Positions 25,256-35,749 of a stretch of 64,000 nucleotides of DNA are shown piece after piece. A program made the position numbers and the translations under genes. This DNA comes from Scyliorhinus canicula (Eukaryota). Numbering within the stretch: position 1 is the stretch's first letter; every line of letters begins with the position of its first letter. Under the pieces are notes generated by a model. That model had not been told where the DNA came from and made no database searches. It saw nothing but the letters and a program-made list of their open reading frames with translations. The stretch lies in assembly GCF_902713615.1 (NCBI RefSeq), contig NC_052163.1:84741721-84805720 (forward strand). The letters run 5' to 3'.

Positions 25256-25886
25256 TGTGGTGAATGTATTATGACAGCCATTCACCACTGTATTGCATTG
25301 TGCTATGTTGTTGCCCTTGTGGGCTCCACCTATGGGCCATTGTATTGTATTACACCGCATTGTATCATATTGGTGCCCTTGTGGGCTCCTCCCCTGGCTC
25401 CGCCCCCTCAGGGGAGGTATATAGAGCTGCTGCCCTGCAGGCGTCTCTCAGTGCAGAGCAGTCACAGGCATGCACAGTTCTAGCTGATTAAAGCCACTGT
25501 TCACTTCATAGAACATAGAACAGTACAGCACAGAACAGGCCCTTCGGCCCTCGATGTTGTGCCGAGCAATGATCACCCTAATTAAACCCACGTAACCCAT
25601 ATACCCGTAACCCAACAATCCCCCCATTAACCTTACACTACGGGCAATTTATCATGGCCAATCCACCTAACCCGCACATCTTTGGACTGTGGGAGGAAAC
25701 CGGAGCACCCGGGGGAAACCCACGCACACACGGGGAGGACGTGCAGACTCCACACAGACAGTGACCCAGCCGGGAATCGAACCTGGGACCCTGGAGCTGT
25801 GAAGCATTGATGCTAACCACCATGCTACCGTGAGGCCCCGTGAGACCCCTCAACTCTCTCTCTCGTGTGAATTGATGGTCGCATCA
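25256..25886 (+). mobile_element. Gypsy solo LTR with nested SINE
   Basis: TGTGGTGAATGT..TGATGGTCGCATCA; perfect 5-bp TSD GCGAG (25251-25255, 25887-25891). Confidence 0.88.
25508..25838 (-). mobile_element. HE1/V-type SINE inside solo LTR
   Basis: Full tRNA head, central domain and tail. Confidence 0.9.
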
Positions 25887-26289
25887 GCGAGGCAGATGGT
25901 TATTTCCTGTATCGTCAACAAAAGGTGTAGAATGCTGGAAAATCAGCAGTGGTTGGAAGATAGATTGACTGAAAAGGAGGAGAATGGGAAGAACCCCATC
26001 CAGCAGTTATTAATGCAGCTCAGATGGTGCTTAATTCCTTCTTGACTCAGTGAGCTGAGAGGAGTTTAAAGTTTGGGAAGCAAAAATTGTAGGAGTTCGG
26101 GTACAAGCCGAGTAAATACTGGGCTTTTTTGACAGAGAACAGGGCCAATCCTAGGGCTAGCCCCTCTGTACATGATTCCAAGTGTAATGGTTAATTAAAA
26201 CTGTGGACAGTAAGAAAGCACTTAGGGATTTTTACGCTCCGACCAGGAAGGCCCCTGGACCAGGTTGTTTTGTGTGTGAGTTTAACAGG

Positions 26290-26742
26290 GAATTTAAGAG
26301 ATAGAGTGGGGACTCTGGAGCGAAGCGCTGCATAGGGTCAACTCCACCTCCACATGTGCAAGGCTCAGCCTGACGCAACTAAAAGTGGTACATAGAGCCC
26401 ACTTAACAAGAAACCGTATGAGTAGGTTCTTCCCAGAGGTGGAGGACAGATGTGAACGGTGCCAAAGAGGCCCGGCCAACCACGCCCACATGTTCTAGTC
26501 TTGCCCCAGACTTGTGGAGTACTGGACAGCCTTCTTCGAGGCTATGTCCAAAGTGGTGGGGGTGAGGGTGGAGCCATGCCCGATAGTGGCGGTCTTCGGG
26601 GTTTCAGACCAGCCAGATCTATTCCTGGGGAGGAGGGCGGACGCCCTTGCCTTTGCCTCCCTGATCGCCGCCGGAGAATCCTGTTTGGCTGGCGGTCAGC
26701 AGCACCGCCCAGAGCTGCAGACTGGCTGTCCAACCTCTCGGA
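26290..26742 (+). mobile_element. L1 ORF2 C-terminal fragment fused to Gypsy integrase
   Basis: RVNSTSTCARLSLTQLKVVHR, CERCQRGPANHAHMF; abrupt junction near 26742. Confidence 0.8.
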
Positions 26743-27860
26743 CAGAGGGCATCGCCTCGAGCAGGACTACCAGCTACAACCCCAGGGGGAACGGGCAGGT
26801 GGAGAGGGAGAATGCAACGGTCTGGAAGACCGTCCTACTGACCCTCCGGTCCAGGAATCTCTAAGTCTCCCATTGGCAGGAAGTCCTCCCAGACGCGCTC
26901 CACGCTATCAGGTCCCTCTTATGCACAGCGACCAATCAGACCCCTCACGAGCGGCTCTTTAGTTTTTCCAGGGGCACTACCACGAGGGTCTCACTTCCGG
27001 CATGGCTGAAGACACCGGGCCCTGTACTCCTCAGGAAACGATCCCCTTGTAGAGAAGGTGCGCCTGCTTCACTCCAACCCCCAGTACGCCTTTGTCGAGT
27101 TCCCTGACGGCCGTCAGGACACCGTATCCCTCCGGGACCTTGCACCCGCCGGATCCAGCATCCCCTCTATCACTACAGATGCACCCCTCACCCTACACCC
27201 CACCCAGCCGCCCCCTCGGGCTCCCAAGCCCACTAGCTCGCTGCATTGGTACCGCGCAACTCAGCCGCCCCCTCGCGCTCCCGAGCCCACTAGCTCGCTC
27301 CACCTGTTCCGCGCGCCTGCACTGGCTAACCCCCAGCGCCCCCGGTCCCCAGTTGAACCAGACGGGTATGGAGCTCGGACGAGATCTTCCCTGGAGTCCG
27401 CCATCGTACCCCAACCCAGAACACCCGTCCAGCCACCGCAAGAGGCTGCAACCCTGGTGCTCCGCAGATCGCAGCGGACAGTTCGACCACCGGACAGACT
27501 CAATTTATGAACCACCACCCCCGCCGGACTTGATTTTTTTGTAAGGGGTGAATGTGGTGAATGTAACTCCATAATTCACACTGTATTGTATATACATGAG
27601 ACCATGCATTGATAAGCGCAGTTGCGTTGCTCGGCCACTAGGAGGAGTAGCGCTGGGAATGCTTAGGAGTTTGTACAGGGCTCCACCCTTGGCTCCGCCC
27701 ACGACTCCTCCCCCTGGACTGCTGTATAAATACCAATGCTCAGAGCCAGTCGTTCAGTTCATCGAGAGTTCAACGTGGAACAGGCTGGCTCTGTTGTAAG
27801 TAGATTAAAACCACTGTTCATATCTTAAAGCACGTATCTAATGAATTGATGGTTCCATCA
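26743..27860 (+). mobile_element. Gypsy 3' remnant: integrase C-terminal half, PPT, 3' LTR (27553-27860)
   Basis: GIASSRTTSYNPRGNGQVERENATVWK..TPHERLF; PPT TAAGGGGTGAA; LTR TGTGGTGAATG..GGTTCCATCA. Confidence 0.88.
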
Positions 27861-28205
27861 CCCAGAACCAAAGCTCAGGGCACTGCTAGAATAATAATAA
27901 GAGAGCGTCCATTGAGGAGCTGCTCCTGGTGTCTGCTTGTACCAGTTCACACCATAGTTATCATCCATTCCAATGTTACAGTCCAATGTGGCCGTGTTTC
28001 CCGGTGTCACAGTCAGGTCTGGAGGCTGAGTCAGAGTCTGAGACTGTCCATCTGTAAAAGAGCAGAGATTAAACATTATAAATTGACTGTTTAAAAGTGA
28101 TTCCAAGACCTCCACCTGCTGCTGCGGGAGGAGCAGAGTTCAGTGTTTGTACTTACAGCCCAGCCACAGCGCCAGAGAGCAGAAAAAACACAACATCCGC
28201 ATCAT
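27861..28205 (-). pseudogene. Immunoglobulin light-chain V segment (sigma-like), truncated by Gypsy LTR insertion
   Basis: Leader exon 28205-28157 (MMRMLCFFCSLALWLG), GT-AG intron 28156-28052, V exon 28051-27861 (..[61 protein letters not shown]) with conserved first Cys and WYKQ; the next codon is the LTR terminal TGA. Confidence 0.92.
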
Positions 28206-28283
28206 TGCTGCCAGTGAGCTTGCTGCCTCCTTCAGTGAGTGTATCTGTACCAGACTGTGGTAGCAGCTGCCCATTGAACCCAG

Positions 28284-28323
28284 TTATAGAGCCATTCAGA
28301 CCAGGAAGGAACCCCATGCAAAT
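28284..28323 (-). promoter_or_regulatory. Ig light-chain promoter: octamer and TATA
   Basis: ATTTGCAT (light-chain orientation) at 28316-28323 and TATAA at 28284-28288 upstream of the leader ATG. Confidence 0.85.
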
Positions 28324-28554
28324 TAGTGAATTCACACTCACCAATCAGAGCAAGGGTCTGAAACCCCTCCCAATCAGAGTCAGAGATTCAGATTGATGGC
28401 GTGACACCTCAGTCCAGTTAGAGACTGAATTACATTTTAAACAAAATACTTTCTTGTCTGACATTTCTCATTTCCCTTTTATGTTTGTCTGCTTCTTCTG
28501 TCCGATATACCGATCACCCAGCCAGTAACTAGAACTCCCTGCGAGACTACAGTC

Positions 28555-28732
28555 TGAAATGAAATGAAATGAAAATCGCTTATTGTCACGAGTGGGCTTC
28601 AATGAAGTTACTGTGAAAAGCCCCTAGTCGCCACCTGTCTGGGGAGGCTGGTACAGGAATCGAACCGTGCTGCTGGCCTGCTTGGTGTGCTTTAAAAGCC
28701 AGCGATTTAGCCCAGTGAGCTAAACCAGCCCC
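28555..28732 (-). mobile_element. Short tRNA-type SINE with (ATTTC)n tail
   Basis: Same family as 22996-23179. Confidence 0.85.
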
Positions 28733-29544
28733 TGAACCACCCAGTCTGGTGTAACACTCTCAATTTATGAACCTCATTTGTAGAAACCCATATATATATA
28801 TATATATATATAACTTTAGATATATTATATGTAGAAATAATTTATGACAAGAAAATGGCAGAGAAACTAAACCCATTCTTTGTGTCTGTCTCTACGAAGG
28901 AGAAACACAAATAATGAAGAATCAAGGAACCAATGTAAATGAGGAACAGATATTAATATTAGTTTTTAAAAATGCCCCAAGAAACACAGCCTCAATGACT
29001 TCCCCTTTCCTACAGCCCCTCTCAGAATGGAGACCCCTCATTAACCCTTTAGTTTCAATAATCAACAAGGGTCCTGTTTCCATGCCAGTTGGATGGGTGA
29101 GTCTGTGAAAATCCGATTGTTCCCACCCAATAATAGTTTCCCGCCCCGGTGGTAAAACCCAGCCCAGTGTATTGGTGAACCGCCTAAGTTAGCATTTAGA
29201 CAATCTTGCTCTGTTGCCATTGCTTCAATGCTGAGTGAACATGCATAACAGCGAGGGGCTGAAGGTTTAACTAGTTACTGATGTACTAACTTGCTCACCA
29301 TCTGACTATCATCTTCCAATTTGCCATCAAGCAGCTGAAAAAGTAATCAATATAACTATATTGCACTAACTCCTGATTAAGATTCACCATTTCAGTATCT
29401 GTTATTTTCATGGAATCAGAACATTGAGAGCTAATTGAACCTCATGTAAATGTTCAAGGAGAAAGGTTGAAGCTCAACTATATTGAAGATGGCAGCTTCC
29501 GCCAATCAGCTTTCAATATTTCATTGCAGTTTGATACAGCCCAT

Positions 29545-30060
29545 ATCTTTTTATTAAAACAATAAAAAATATACACAAGGCCAAACAGTACAAACACTAA
29601 TTCTGTGTTGGAGAAACAGGGTACCCTCCCCTCAGGACCAATGTACGGGCAGGGGGGGTGGGGGGTTGGGTTGGGGGGGGGGGGGGTGGATACTCTGATT
29701 ATTAAAACAGTTCTCAACACATTTCTCCAAAAACAAATGATACAAGCACTAAACTTTGCGCTGGAGAGACCATATACCCTCACCTCTGTACTAACAGAAG
29801 GGAAAGGAAGGGGGTGTGGTGGGGAGAGAGGGGAAAGGAGGGTGGTGGGGAGGGAGGGAGGGAGTCGGGCTGTTGGTCGAGGGGGACCCAATAGGATACT
29901 GCCTGAACCATCTACAGAGGCAGAAAAGCAAAAGAACCTTCAATTATTATGTGCTAGATTCCAGGAGTCCCCTAGAGGGGGTGAGGGGCAACACAGTGTC
30001 AGGCATGAGTGAGCCCTGCAACCCACTGCAGAGAGGCTCATGAGCCCCCTCTGCTCCCGA
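29545..30060 (-). mobile_element. L1 3' end fragment
   Basis: C-terminal ORF2 remnant, G-rich UTR, TTTAATAAAA tail on minus strand. Confidence 0.6.
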
Positions 30061-30308
30061 CACTGGGCCCGAATCCTCTACCACACTGAGTGCGGAGGGC
30101 GACACGGGCCCACCAACCAACCCAGCTTCCCCGAGTGTGTTAAACTAACAAACAGCTGGGGTCCCAGCAAGAACTGTACAATGTTATTTCAAAGAGAGGG
30201 ACTGTCCAGGACAGAGTCAAATGCAACATATCTTCATTTTACTCCAACATTATGCAAATGTCTTAGTTTCAGCTCCACCCATTTAAGTGACGGACGGACA
30301 CATGACAG

Positions 30309-30637
30309 ATGGTGGTTAGCATAAATGCTTCACAGCTCCAGGGTCCCAGTTTCGATTCCCGGCTGGGTCACTGTCTGTGTGGAGTCTGCACGTCCTCCCC
30401 CTGTGTGCGTGGGTTTCCTCCGGGTGCTCCGGTTTCCTCCCACAGTCCAAAGATGTGCGGGTTAGGTGGATTGGCCATGCTAAATTGCCCGTAGTGTCCT
30501 AAAAAATAAGGTTAAGGGGGGGTTGTTGGGTTACGGGTATAGGGTGGATACGTGGGTTTGAGTAGGGTGATCATGGCTCGGCACAACATTGAGGGCCGAA
30601 GGGCCTGTTCTGTGCTGTACTGTTCTATGTTCTATGT
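30309..30637 (+). mobile_element. HE1/V-type SINE, slightly 5'-truncated
   Basis: Central domain and (TTCTATG)n tail. Confidence 0.9.
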
Positions 30638-31053
30638 TTAAAGAGGCAACCTTTTGTAGCAGTGTGGCCTGCTCAGTTTTGGATCAATATACTTTATAAA
30701 CTACTTGTAAAGAGAAGGAAAATGTAAGAGAAGCATTGCTATCATTAGAGGATAAGGAATTGTTTGATCGGAATTATATTTTGCCTGTAGTCAAAAAATG
30801 GGAAGTTTATTTTGAGAAGCTTAGAGAATGTTGAGTCAGGTCTGACTAAAGCTGCTCTGGTGATACCATTGATGTTGACTGACCCAGAATTGTGCTATAG
30901 GAAACACAGTTCCCGATGTCCATCGTGTCACTCCAATGAGAACTGGCAGCTATTTGGTCCCTCACCTGATGGTCTGTCCCCATGTATCAGTTTTGTTCTG
31001 GTAGGTTTAATGTCAGAAAATTCAGTAATTCAATCAAATCTTTTCCATTAAAG

Positions 31054-31500
31054 TGGCGGCACGGTGGCACGGTGGCTAGCACTGGTGCCTCACGGCGCCA
31101 AGGACCCGGGTTCGATTCCGGGCCCGGGTCGCTGTCCATGTGGAGTTTGCACATTTTTCCCGTGTCTGCGAAGATCTCACCCCCACAACTCAAAGATGTC
31201 TATGGAATCTATGGAAATCCCTGCCCAGTGAAGCAGTTGAGGCTCCTTCATTAAATATTTTCAAGATAAAGATAGATAGTTTTTTGAAGAATAAAGGGAT
31301 TAAGGGTTATGGTGTTCGGGAGGGAAAGTGAAGCTGAGTCCACAAAAGATCAGCCACAATCTCATTGAATGGCGTAGCAGGCTTGAAGGGCCAGATGGCC
31401 TACTCCTGCTCCTAGTTCTTATGTGTAGGGTAGGTGGATTGTCCACGCTAAGTTGCTAATTGGAAAAAAAAAGAATTGGGTACTCTAATTTTTCTTAAAA
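31054..31500 (+). mobile_element. V-type SINE interrupted by a CR1 3' end (31201-31423)
   Basis: SINE breaks at CAAAGATGT and resumes GTAGGGTAGGTGGATT; insert matches the 3' end of CR1 57480-59509. Confidence 0.8.
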
Positions 31501-32635
31501 ACTAATTTTCCATTAATTAAAGATTTTGAAGTTTGAGAGTTGCCTGATTATGGGGTTCTCACATTCTCCCTGTAGGGACATCCCAGTTACCTATGTCCAC
31601 CCAAGTTAGGTGTGGATGTCAAGAGACAACCCTTTATTATTTAAGATATATTGCTGGAGTTTAACCATCTAAATTCAGGTGGTTAAGCAACTCAGTGTAG
31701 TTGAAGGGTCAGACACACAAAGGGTTAACGTGGGACTGAGTACAGAACCGCCCACACAATAATGTTAGAGGAAACATGACCAGCATCTATGGTTCAGTGT
31801 AGTGATGGCCAGAGCTGTATGTAAAAGCAAGCATGGGAGACACTCCTAGCTTGGAGATTTACTATACCAATGTACATTGCTACAGGCAGAAAAGAGACAG
31901 ACAGCTTGCACTGATTTCCTCTTACCACTTATCCGTAAGCAGAAGGTTTTTTGAATTAGTTTTTTAAAATGTGCAGTGGCATGTTTACCCAATCCCTCAG
32001 TTTTTATGATCCAGTATTACCATTAATCCACAGCTAACTGAACTCAGAAGTTAACTCAGAAGTTTTGTTTATTTTACACATTCAAAGCCTGAACAAGGTG
32101 TGTTTGCCATGTCCACTCCACACTCACGTACAGAAAGGTGGGGTGGAGGATAGGAAAAAGAAGAATCTTACGGTCCAAGAACCACCGTCGTTCTGTTTCG
32201 CTTCTTTTTCTGGAGGCTTGTGGCTGGGGAGGGGTGCAGGGAAGTATTTTGTGTTGTGTCGGGGTTTGTTGCACTGTTGTTAGAATGAAAATCGTATTTG
32301 TATCAAAGTATATATATTTTCAACAGATCTGATTGGGGAGGAAAGGGAGAAAGTGATGCAGGTTTAACCGAGTGGTAGGTGTAATGTTCTTATCGGATGG
32401 CCTGATTTATATTACAAGAAGACTTATAGCCAAAGCTATAAATGCTTTATTAACATTAACTGTCGGTCAACTATATACAAAACAGATGAATAACAGTATG
32501 AACATGCACAAGCAACCTCTGTCTTCCAACTCTCCAGTCAGTCTGAGGCCACCTAACTCTAACATTCACTTATATACTAATGAGATTCCTAGTGGTCAGT
32601 CGGTGAATTATAATGTAACCATGATATCACTAATC

Positions 32636-33108
32636 GGGGCAGCACGGTGGCGGAGTGGTTAGCACTGCTGCCTCACAGAGCCAAGGATCCGGGTTCGATC
32701 CCAACTGTCCGTGTGGAGTTTGCACATTCTCTTTTTTTTCACTTTTTTATAAATTTAGAGTACCCAATTATTTTTTTCCAATTAGAGGGCAGCTTAGCAT
32801 GGTCAATCCACCTACCCTGCACATCTTTGGGTTGTGGGGGCGAAACCCACGCAAACACGGGGAGAATGTGCAAACTCCACACGGAAAGTGACCCAGAGCT
32901 GGGATTGAACCTGGGACCTTGGTGCCATGAGACCACAGTGCTAGCCACTGTGCCTCCCCTGCTGCCCCGAGTTTGCACATTCTCCCCGTGTCTGCGTGGG
33001 TCTCACTCCCACAACCTGAAAGGATGTGCAGTGTAGGTGAATTGGCCACACTAAATTACTTCTTAATTGGGAAAAAAAAAGAATTGGGCACTTAAAAAAT
33101 ATTTTTTA
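32636..33108. mobile_element. SINE-in-SINE: minus-strand copy 32732-32968 inside a plus-strand copy
   Basis: 16-bp TSD GAGTTTGCACATTCTC at 32716-32731 and 32969-32984. Confidence 0.88.
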
Positions 33109-33386
33109 AAAAGGTTTAACTGAGTGGGGGCGCAAAAAACGTGCTCCATTTTCCACTGTACCAGAGACCTGCATTAAAATTGCCCCGGGCCATAGATTTT
33201 CTAGTTTGGATATGTTGCAGGCTGTTCCAATCCGATCAACAAGGCTGCAGATGCATTGATTGTGATTTTCCAAAATTCCCCAGAGAATAGTCACAACGGG
33301 TTGAAAGTTAGCAAATGTAACACCACCATTCAAGAAAAGAGAGTGAAGACAGCAACGTAGCCTGAAATAAAACAGGAAAATGCTAG

Positions 33387-34174
33387 TGAGGAATTGAACA
33401 AATGAATGTGATATAAAATAGGATAGTTAGACCATAAAATATGGTCATGTATTTAGCAGTGGCACACGGCTGCATCTTTGTGGGCCTGGCCATCCCTAAA
33501 TGCATGATGGGTAAAATGCAGGGTGCACTGGAACGCCCCTAGAATCTTGGCTGTTAGGATCCACGAGGGTGCAGCGGATGACGGGGTGCTGCAACAAGAA
33601 TTGGCAATGCAGCGACAAATTTTCTTTGAAAAGGGGCCGTAGCTACGGATTGGACCGATAGGTTATCATGAAATGATAAAAAGAGGGAATGAGGAATTGA
33701 ACAAACAAATGTGATATAAAATAGGACAGTTAGTTAGAATAATGTAGAGGATAGAGCCGGTCTGATGGTAGTGAGTTCACAGACAAAGAACAAAGAAATT
33801 GAGCAAAGCATGGCCAGAAAGCGGGGAGGGGAGCCTCGTGCAGAGGATGGTGAAAAAAATGCTGGGTAACAAGAGGCCCATGGTTGAGGAATGCGAAGTG
33901 AGCCAATCAGGATATATGGCCAGGTCAGGAGGTGTATAGGATGACCTATGGGAATCTTGTATGTGAAACTTGATGCCATTTGAATGATATGTGCAGAGAT
34001 CTCTTTGTCTTCGACCTCACTTGGTTCTGGGAGCTTCAGAAGACTGTATGTGTTCTGAATCTCTATAGAGCGGGTCAGCCTTGCAAGTTGTTTAAAAATA
34101 AATAATACTATATCTACAGATCCCTCTCGAGTTTTATTGAGACCAGACTGATGGGTAAAGAACTTAATTTGTCA
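33387..34174 (+). mobile_element. Solo LTR (ERV- or Gypsy-like), 788 bp
   Basis: TG..CA termini, 4-bp TSD CTAG (33383-33386, 34175-34178), CCAAT box, AATAAA near 34098, internal duplication of about 45 bp. Confidence 0.7.
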
Positions 34175-34849
34175 CTAGAATCTATTATTAAGTAAATCTT
34201 AACAAAGCACTTGGAAAGTCAGAATATATCCGACAATGACAACGTGGCTTTACGAAAGAGAAATCGTTTGTGTCAAATTAAGCAAAGCTTTTTGAGATGC
34301 CGTGCAGTAATTTGCTTGCAGGGTTGTTTTGGTGGGTTGTCTGGGCAGTAGTCGAGGATTACAATTCCCAGCCTGTCTGGGAGTTCCACGTAAGTGCCGA
34401 GGGAGGCAACGAGAGACAGGACACACGAATGCTCAGCTTTCAGTGTTCCTCTGCTGCTACGGGATTGGGCAGCATGGCTGCTTAGTAGTGTGACACATAA
34501 CAATGACCATTGGGCCGGGATGTAGCGCAAAATGCTAGCCCATGTGACAATTAGGAGCAAACAAAGAGGATTTGTTCCATGCAGCTAATGTGTTACCATT
34601 AGTTCTATGCTACTGAGGGGCTGGAGCATGGATAAGTCCTTGGAGACATTGACAGCTGACTGCAGCTGAGAATTGGTCCTTCGGGAGGCCCAGATGCTGT
34701 GTCACTCAGCACAACTAAGACTTTGGGCTCCAGGAAGTCCTGGGGCAGTATTAATGAGCTAGAAATTGGGGCTCAGGAAAGCCTCAGAGCAGTATTATTC
34801 AGCACAGCTAGAACTTGGGGCAGTATTTGCTTGGGGCAGAACATGGGCA

Positions 34850-35745
34850 TTGTTGGTTAAGCCAGCATTTTTATTGCACATTCCTAACGGCCCTCGAGCA
34901 AGTTGCAGTGACCTGTCTTTGTGAACCGCTGCAGTCGATGTGGAAAACCCTCAGCACTGTTCAGAAGCGACTGTGAAGGGGTAGCGTTATATTTCCATGT
35001 CAGGATGTGAGTGATTTAAAGGGGTAACTTGCAGTGATGTTCCTATGCATTTGCTGCCCTGGTGATGGAGGGAGTGGATGTTGGAGCTGGTGGATGTTGG
35101 ACCTGGTGGATGGGGTGCCAATCAAGTGGGCTGCTTTGGCCTGAAATGTGTTGGAACTTCTTAAGTGTTGTCGGAGATGAACTCATCTAGGCAAGTGAAA
35201 AGTATCCCATCTCACTCCTGACTTTTGCCTTGAAGATGGACAGGCAGGAGTTGGGGAGTCAGGTGAGTTACTCTGCACAGAATTCCCAGCCTCTGACCTG
35301 CTCATGTAGACGCAGAATTTATACAGCTGGTCTAATTCAGTTTCTGGTCAATTGTAACATCCAGGATGTTGATAGTGGGAGACACTGCAGTGGTAATGCC
35401 ATTGAATGTCAAGGGAAGATGATTAGATTCTCCCTTGCTGCAGACGGTCATTGCCTCACATTTGTCCAGGTCTTGCTGCAATTGTCCAGGTCTTAATGCA
35501 TTTGGACATGGACTGCTTCAGTATCTGCAGAGTCGTGAATGGTAGTGAACATTGTGTTCTCAGCCATGAACATCTCCACTTCTGCCTTATGGTGAAAGGA
35601 AGATCATTGATGAAGCAGCTGAAGATGGTTGGGACGAGGACACTACCCTGAGGAACTCCTGCAGTAATAGCCTGGGACTGAGATAATTGACCTCTAACAA
35701 CCACAGCCATCTTCCATTGGGCCAGGAATGACTCCAAACATTGGG
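34850..35745 (-). mobile_element. L2/CR1-like LINE RT and 3' fragment
   Basis: AGVPQGSVLVPTIFSCFINDLP; 3' end related to 43005-43340. Confidence 0.7.
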
Positions 35746-35749
35746 AGGT

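Larger units (their letters stand above)
24850..26290 (+). mobile_element. Old L1 ORF2 fragment interrupted by a solo LTR
   Basis: Removing 25256-25891 restores NASLLRDKSFTLYFKKEFKAF..ILWETCHYARQMVISC, an L1 endonuclease-to-RT linker-like sequence. Confidence 0.65.

Noticed and set aside
1-26740. Ig J segment, C exon or RSS for the V gene
   Set aside because: No FGxGT J, C-domain Cys/Trp pattern or heptamer-nonamer pair was found by eye in the non-repeat gaps
27858-28115. ORF-track start [11 protein letters not shown] for the V protein
   Set aside because: The first residues are intron sequence; the true start is the leader exon at 28205
31571-31884. Possible solo LTR (TGTAG..CTACA)
   Set aside because: Flanks CTCCC/GGCAG give no TSD and there is no second copy in the window
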